Below are positions 57,616 to 64,000 of a stretch of 64,000 bases of DNA, in pieces. Source of the stretch: Eledone cirrhosa (Eukaryota). The notes below the pieces were generated by a model, which had not been told where the DNA came from, ran no database searches, and saw nothing but the letters and a program-made list of their open reading frames with translations. The stretch lies in the NCBI GenBank assembly GCA_964016885.1, contig OZ024740.1, forward strand, positions 436,976,001-437,040,000. The letters are read 5' to 3'. Position 1 is the first letter of the stretch; each line of letters begins with the position of its first letter. The position numbers and the translations under genes are program-made.

Positions 57616-57887
57616 TGCAATATTCTATACGTATTATTAACTTTGCAACTGTTGTTTTTTTTCCTAGTGGTATCTATAAAACACCGAAATATTATCCTCT
57701 GTGGAGCTGCGAGGCTTTACGTCTGACATTACGTTTTGAATGGAATCAGAAAATAAAGTTACAAGTTGTAATTGTCTACTTCAACATCAGTGAATTATGT
57801 TAGGACGAGGAGAGGGGGTTATTTTAATATTTATTGTTAGATTTCAACATATTTCCCCCTTATCATACTCCCCTGCATTCATCTGTT

Positions 57888-57918
<31 letters not shown>

Positions 57919-57959
57919 CTGTATATATTATGGAGTATGGCCATTGCACGAGAAGAAAA

Positions 57960-57997
<38 letters not shown>

Positions 57998-58011
57998 TAA
58001 AAAAAAAAAAG

Positions 58012-58049
<38 letters not shown>

Positions 58050-58051
<2 letters not shown>

Positions 58052-58412
58052 GGTGGCTGCCAACTCGTTTTCGAGTACGGCCACTACTTTATATCCATGT
58101 AGGAGAACCCCTACCGATGCGCTGAACGAGTGTGACTTTTTAGTCCAGCCAGCGACTTGAAAACTCTGGACCAAACACTACACTTGTGACAATTTTTGAC
58201 ACATAGTGCTGGGCCCATGGTACCATGTGACGACAAGTGCAGAGAGATCTCCAGATATAAAGCAATGCCTGTGCCGTGAAGCTTTTATAGTGAGCAAAGG
58301 TACTGCACAAAGCCAGTCCCACTCTTAACCAAGATGATATTTACCAAAAAGAAGAACAAGTCAACATCATTGGATACCATCAGGGTTGCAGGTGTTTTAT
58401 CAGAGTTTTCCT
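58050..58412. mobile_element. Possible RTE-UTR-derived fragment
   Basis: gcaggtgttttatcagagttttcc resembles gcaggttttatatcggagttaact in the RTE 5' region near 62448. Confidence 0.4.
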
Positions 58413-58484
58413 TATATACATACATACATACATACACACATACATACACATACACACACACATGTACACACATACATTAATAAC

Positions 58485-58536
<52 letters not shown>

Positions 58537-58614
58537 GCAATAATAATAATGACAACAACAATAATAATATACATATTCATATATATATACACACACACAC
58601 GCACGCACATAAGC

Positions 58615-58620
<6 letters not shown>

Positions 58621-58653
<33 letters not shown>

Positions 58654-61600
58654 AGCAACTAACAGTGCTGCGATCGAATGTGGCTTTTTAGCCCAGCCAA
58701 TGATCTAAAATGTCTTGCACAGAGTCGGCAACCAAAACATTCACTGGGAATAGTCGGCTGTGGTTGGAGTTCGTGTACTTTTGCATGTCTCTTGAGCCCT
58801 CCTGCTGATTTACATTCTCTACCACATGTTTGGCAAGCATGATGAGTAGCATCTCCAACAGCAGCCTGGTAGTCAACCACTGGTCTTACTTTATGACTGC
58901 GAAGATGACTTTCGAGTCCAGCTTTGCTTAGGCAGAGTCTCGCACAGACGCTGCATGTCAGCACCATAGGAGGACCCTCGCCGTCTGGAAGTGCAACAGC
59001 AATGCCCTTCCTCACATCCCGCTTTACTTTCTCGTGTGCGATTCGAGATGCCTCAAAGGCAACTTTTCCCTCATATACAGTCTTTCTCCATTTATTACGA
59101 TCAGCAGCAATATTTTCCCATGTATCAGTAGAGATGTTAGCGTCTTTCAGAGAGGCTTTCAATGAATCCTTATACCTCTTTTTTGGTTTATGTGGCGGTC
59201 GTTTTCCTTTAACCAACTCTCCATAGAAGAGTTGTTTTGGTATTCTAGAATCCTTCATCCTGGCAAGGTGACCACTCCAACGGAGTCGTTGCTTAAGCAC
59301 AAGAGCTTCTATACTGTCACACATAGAGCTTTCCAAAATCTCGACATCACTGATGTGGTCCCTCCAGTGAACGCCATAGATCCGTCTGAGACACATCTGA
59401 TGGAAACGCTCCAATTGCTTAAGGTGGCGTCGATATGTGACCCAGGTCTCGCAGGCATAAAGAAGACAAGAGAGTACACATGCCCTGTACACCTTTACCT
59501 TTGTCCTCCTGCATATGTCTCGCCGACCCCAGAGTCGCCTTTCTAGCTTTCCGAAAGCATCACTTGCTTTCCTAATCCTAAGTGAGATTTCACTGTCAAG
59601 GTTGCCGTATCGATTGACAGTGCTTCCCAGGTAGACAAACTGATCAACCACTCCAAGTCGTTTGCCATACACATAGATGTTTGGTTCAGTGTACTGCTTA
59701 CTAGGGGCAGGTTGGTACATGACGACGGTTTTCTTGAGACTGACAGTCAAACCCAGGGCAGTGCAAGCGTCAGAAAATGCATTCAAAATGTGCTGCATAT
59801 CACTCTCTGTGTGCGCTACAAGATCGCAATCATCTGCATACAAGAGGTCTCTTATGATTGATGTAAATACTTTTGTCTTCGCAGCAAAGCGCCTGATGTT
59901 AAATATGCTGCCTGAGGTTCGATATCGGATGTAAACACCATGCTCGCAATTCCTGAATGTAGTACAGAAAACCATTGCAAAGTATATGGCAAACAGGGTC
60001 GGTGCTGGAATATCCCCCTGTTTCACTCCATTTTTTACTGAGATAGGCTCCGACATGTTACCTCCGACATTAACCCAAGCCTTCATGTCGTCATGGAAAG
60101 ACCTAACTAACGCAAGGAACTTATCAGGGCAACCAAGTTTCTGGAGAACCTTCCATAATGCATCTCTGTTGACAGTATCGAAAGCCTTTGTCAGATCGAC
60201 AAAAACCTGATACAGATCCAACCCTTGTTCAATGCACTTCTCCTGGAGCTGTCTAACTGAGAAGATCATATCAGTAGTGCCGCGTCCAGCACGAAAACCA
60301 GATTGACTTTCAGGAAGAACACAATCTGCAATGTGTGTCAGCAGACGGTCCAGAAGCACCCTACATAAAACTTTCCCTACGACAGAAAGCAATGATATAC
60401 CTCTGTAGTTCCCACAATCATTCCTGTTACCCTTTCCCTTGTACAAGACCACCATTACTGCATCTCTCCAGTCCTCAGGCACGGATTCATTAGCCCATAT
60501 CCTTCCAAACAAAGAGCGAAGATGTTGCAGGAGTCTCTCACCACCATATTGTAGGAGCTCAGCATGTATGCCATCCATACCTGGAGATCTTCCACTGTTC
60601 AGCTTCGAAATAGCCACTGCAACCTCCACAAGCGTCGGAGGTTCTGTGAGAGCTACTTTCACAGGACTTTCTGGAATGAGATTGAGGAAATCTTCACTGA
60701 CGACAGACGGCTGATTCAAAAGATCATCAAAGTGCTCTCGCCACCTTCGTAGAATTCCCTGTGAGTCACGAAGAAGTTCTTTGCCATCCTTGCTGCGAAG
60801 CGGTGTCACCAGAGAAGAAGACGGTCCATCAACCTCACGCAAGAGACTGTACAACAGCTTTGTGTTATTGGAATCAGACGCAGTTTGTATCTCACCAGCC
60901 TTCTCACTCCACCACTGATCCTTCATCTGAGAAAGACTCCGCCTAACACGTGAATTTACATCCCTGAGCTCCTCATGCAACGTATTCCTCTCCTGTGGTT
61001 TTGCCGTCAAGTAGCGTGACAGAGCACGCCTCTTATCAGCAAACAAGTCTTCTATATGTACATCATTCTCATTAAACCAGTCCTGATGTTTTATCTGCAC
61101 CAATCCCAGAACACGCCTGCCCACATCATAAACCGACTTTTTAAGGGTCGGCCAATCCTCACCAAGATCTGCAGCCTGCATCTCTTCTTCCAATGTCCTC
61201 TTCACATTTTTATCCTTAAGACGAGCAGCATTCAATCTTTTGGGCAGGGTAACACCAGGAGCCCGGATTTTACGTTTGGTGATTAGTTTCACTTTTGCGC
61301 GTCCCAGGCGGTGGTCCGTCCAGCACTCAGCTCCACGAAGAACACGAACACACTGCACATCCTGTCTGTCACGCATCCTGACTAGGACGTAGTCCAAAAG
61401 ATGCCATTCCTTAGATGCAGGATGCATCCATGTGGTCTTGAATTTGTTCTTTTGTTGGAACATGGTGTTGGTAACACGCAGATCCAGCTCCTCACACATC
61501 TGCAGCAGGAGCATACCATTGCTGTTACACTTTCCCACCCCATGCCTTCCGATTACATTCCATGTGTTAAAATCCCTACCCACTCTAGCATTAAAGTCAC

Positions 61601-62580
61601 CAAGCACGATGACTTTGTCTGCCTGAGGGATATTTCTTAGAACACCTTTCAAGGCATGGTAAAAGGACAGTTTTTCTTCATCGACAGAATTCATAGTTGG
61701 AGCATACACACTCACCGGGGTAGCATATCTTCCCTTGTCCAGCGGAACTCTCATGGACATAAGACGCTCACTAATCCCTACTGGGAATTCTTCTAATTTA
61801 TTCACAAGTACAGTCTTAACAGCAAATCCTACCCCAGCCTCTCTTCTGGTTCCTTCATCTCTTCCTTTCCAGAAGAATGTATATTCTCCACAAAATTCCG
61901 TAAGATGACCATCTCCAGCTAACCTCGTCTCAGATAAAGCCACGATGTCAAGATCGTAACGTCGAAGCTCCTTTGCAACAAGAGCGGTCCTTCGTTCAGG
62001 ACGCTCCAAAGAATCCCTGTCAAGCAGCGTCCGTACGTTCCAGCAGCCAAGACTAAATGCCCTGTTTGGCTCTATTACAATGGCACGATGACGAGCGGGC
62101 CCAGGCTGTGATAACTTGGGGCCCCTGCCCTTATTGCCAATGATCTTTTTTGTTCCAGAACCTAAATTGCCAATTATCTCTTTTACATTGTTCTGGAACA
62201 TCATTGAATTGGAAAAAAAGAAAAAAAAAAAAGTAATAATAATAGTAATAATAATAATAATAGTACACTCTTTTACTCTTTTACCTGTTTCAGCCATCCG
62301 GCTGAGGCCATGCTGTGCAATGCCTGTGCGTGACGAATATTTTTAAAGTGAGGAAAGACTGTGCACTGAGCCAATCCCACTCTCTGAGCGACAGTAGCTA
62401 TAACCCGAAAAGAAGAAAAGATCAACATCATCGGTAACTACTGAGCCGCAGGTTTTATATCGGAGTTAACTCAGTTTCCTGAGATGCCTTCTCCTAGAAG
62501 AATGCCCTGACAAGGGCTAGGGGTTCTTCACTCCCAGTGGTTTAACTGCGCGATCGGGCATCCAGCCCGATTATTTCTAT
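58621..62580 (-). mobile_element. RTE-clade LINE, near full length, 5' UTR interrupted by a SINE tail and (TTA)n
   Basis: Single APE-RT ORF, (GT)n 3' tail, GC-richer 5' region 62316-62580. Confidence 0.9.
58659..62204 (-). CDS. RTE endonuclease/reverse transcriptase with three C-terminal C2H2 fingers (start codon uncertain)
   Basis: WNVRT, LSETR, GDFNARVG, WTDH, YRGISLL, FVDLTKAFD, GVKQG, YADD, RLRWSGH; uninterrupted frame. Confidence 0.95.
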   Translation of the reverse strand: MMFQNNVKEIIGNLGSGTKKIIGNKGRGPKLSQPGPARHRAIVIEPNRAFSLGCWNVRTLLDRDSLERPERRTALVAKELRRYDLDIVALSETRLAGDGHLTEFCGEYTFFWKGRDEGTRREAGVGFAVKTVLVNKLEEFPVGISERLMSMRVPLDKGRYATPVSVYAPTMNSVDEEKLSFYHALKGVLRNIPQADKVIVLGDFNARVGRDFNTWNVIGRHGVGKCNSNGMLLLQMCEELDLRVTNTMFQQKNKFKTTWMHPASKEWHLLDYVLVRMRDRQDVQCVRVLRGAECWTDHRLGRAKVKLITKRKIRAPGVTLPKRLNAARLKDKNVKRTLEEEMQAADLGEDWPTLKKSVYDVGRRVLGLVQIKHQDWFNENDVHIEDLFADKRRALSRYLTAKPQERNTLHEELRDVNSRVRRSLSQMKDQWWSEKAGEIQTASDSNNTKLLYSLLREVDGPSSSLVTPLRSKDGKELLRDSQGILRRWREHFDDLLNQPSVVSEDFLNLIPESPVKVALTEPPTLVEVAVAISKLNSGRSPGMDGIHAELLQYGGERLLQHLRSLFGRIWANESVPEDWRDAVMVVLYKGKGNRNDCGNYRGISLLSVVGKVLCRVLLDRLLTHIADCVLPESQSGFRAGRGTTDMIFSVRQLQEKCIEQGLDLYQVFVDLTKAFDTVNRDALWKVLQKLGCPDKFLALVRSFHDDMKAWVNVGGNMSEPISVKNGVKQGDIPAPTLFAIYFAMVFCTTFRNCEHGVYIRYRTSGSIFNIRRFAAKTKVFTSIIRDLLYADDCDLVAHTESDMQHILNAFSDACTALGLTVSLKKTVVMYQPAPSKQYTEPNIYVYGKRLGVVDQFVYLGSTVNRYGNLDSEISLRIRKASDAFGKLERRLWGRRDICRRTKVKVYRACVLSCLLYACETWVTYRRHLKQLERFHQMCLRRIYGVHWRDHISDVEILESSMCDSIEALVLKQRLRWSGHLARMKDSRIPKQLFYGELVKGKRPPHKPKKRYKDSLKASLKDANISTDTWENIAADRNKWRKTVYEGKVAFEASRIAHEKVKRDVRKGIAVALPDGEGPPMVLTCSVCARLCLSKAGLESHLRSHKVRPVVDYQAAVGDATHHACQTCGRECKSAGGLKRHAKVHELQPQPTIPSECFGCRLCARHFRSLAGLKSHIRSQHC

Positions 62581-62709
62581 GTCCCCGCGCAAAAAAAAAA
62601 AAAAATCACTTATTGACACTTATACGTACGACATACACACACACGCATACATATGCGCGCACACAGCAACACTCATACATACAAACAAACACACACACGC
62701 TACTCACTT

Positions 62710-62759
<50 letters not shown>

Positions 62760-63049
62760 CCGTCATTACTGATACAAGATTACAAGATTATGTCAACTGT
62801 TGACTTTCAAGAGTTTGTATAGTTGAAGCCGATCGTATTACAGTCCAGTATTACTATAATTGCTTTACAGCATAGAGTTATGGCTCTCCACGCTCTGAGC
62901 TCAAATCCCGCCGAGATCAGCCTTGCCCTTCATCCCCACGGAGTCAACAAAAGAGAGTACCAGTGATGCGCTGGGCAGTCGCTGGATCCGTGCCAAAAGC
63001 AGAAAAATTATTATTAAAGTTGTTTTCTTAAGGCCCGGTCGCTGGTGAT

Positions 63050-63195
63050 GGTGATGGCGGCGGTGGTGGTGGTGGTGGTGGCAGTTGATGTTGTTGTTGT
63101 GTTGTGTGTGTGTGTGTGTGTGTTTTGTTATATACATACATACACATATATATATATATATATATATACATATACACACACACACACTTATATAT

Positions 63196-63248
<53 letters not shown>

Positions 63249-63441
63249 CACACACACACACTTATATATATACACATATATATATATATACACACAAACG
63301 CATACACATATATACATACACATACAATATAAAATATAAATGTATATACACACATACACATATACACACACACACACACCTATATATATATATATATACA
63401 CATATATACACATATGTATATATATATATATATATACACAC

Positions 63442-63531
<90 letters not shown>

Positions 63532-63632
63532 ATATATATACACACACATATATACATATATATATTTACACACACAGACGCACACACACACATATATATA
63601 CACACACACATACATACATATATATACATATA

Positions 63633-63701
<69 letters not shown>

Positions 63702-63704
63702 CAT

Positions 63705-63735
<31 letters not shown>

Positions 63736-64000
63736 CATACACATACATAGACATATATACATACATATATACATACATATACACACATACACACACACAT
63801 GTATGTATACATACGCACACATACATACACACATACACACACACACATATATATATATGTGTCTTTATATGTGTCTTTATATGTCTTTATATGTTTTTGT
63901 GTATGTATGTGGATGTATATGTACATGGGTGTGTGATTGATGGTGTGTGCCTATATATTCCTACATATGCCCGTGTGTGTATGTACGTATATACGCACAT
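63050..64000. repeat. Compound (TA)n/(CA)n microsatellite
   Basis: Direct reading. Confidence 0.95.

Noticed and set aside
62901-63940. Numerous YI/HT/CV-rich ORFs here and elsewhere
   Set aside because: Translations of dinucleotide microsatellites

Overview
Eukaryotic, AT-rich, repeat-dominated DNA with no recognisable host gene. The (TA)n/(CA)n microsatellites and the SINE and LINE families suggest a cephalopod (Octopus-like) intron or intergenic region; this taxon is an inference. Conventional content: 39-bp, 24-bp and 41-bp minisatellites, a near-full-length Tx1-type LINE plus a truncated copy in the 24-bp array, an RTE LINE with an intact ORF, five Penelope-like element (PLE) remnants, a CRE-like fragment, SINEs and two MITE families. 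The main signal is invisible to the ORF track. I read by eye about 20 type I hammerhead ribozyme (HHR) motifs from roughly a dozen sequence families, almost all with a palindromic stem III. Some sit in PLE pseudo-LTRs. Others sit in three non-coding tandem or circularly permuted units (about 427, 555 and 1272 nt) that look like retrozymes. Each of these units has an inverted terminal arm and sits in (TA)n. Many tiny fold-back hairpins look like abortive insertions of the same system, and several turn around inside the ribozyme. Coordinates were counted by hand and may be off by a few bases.
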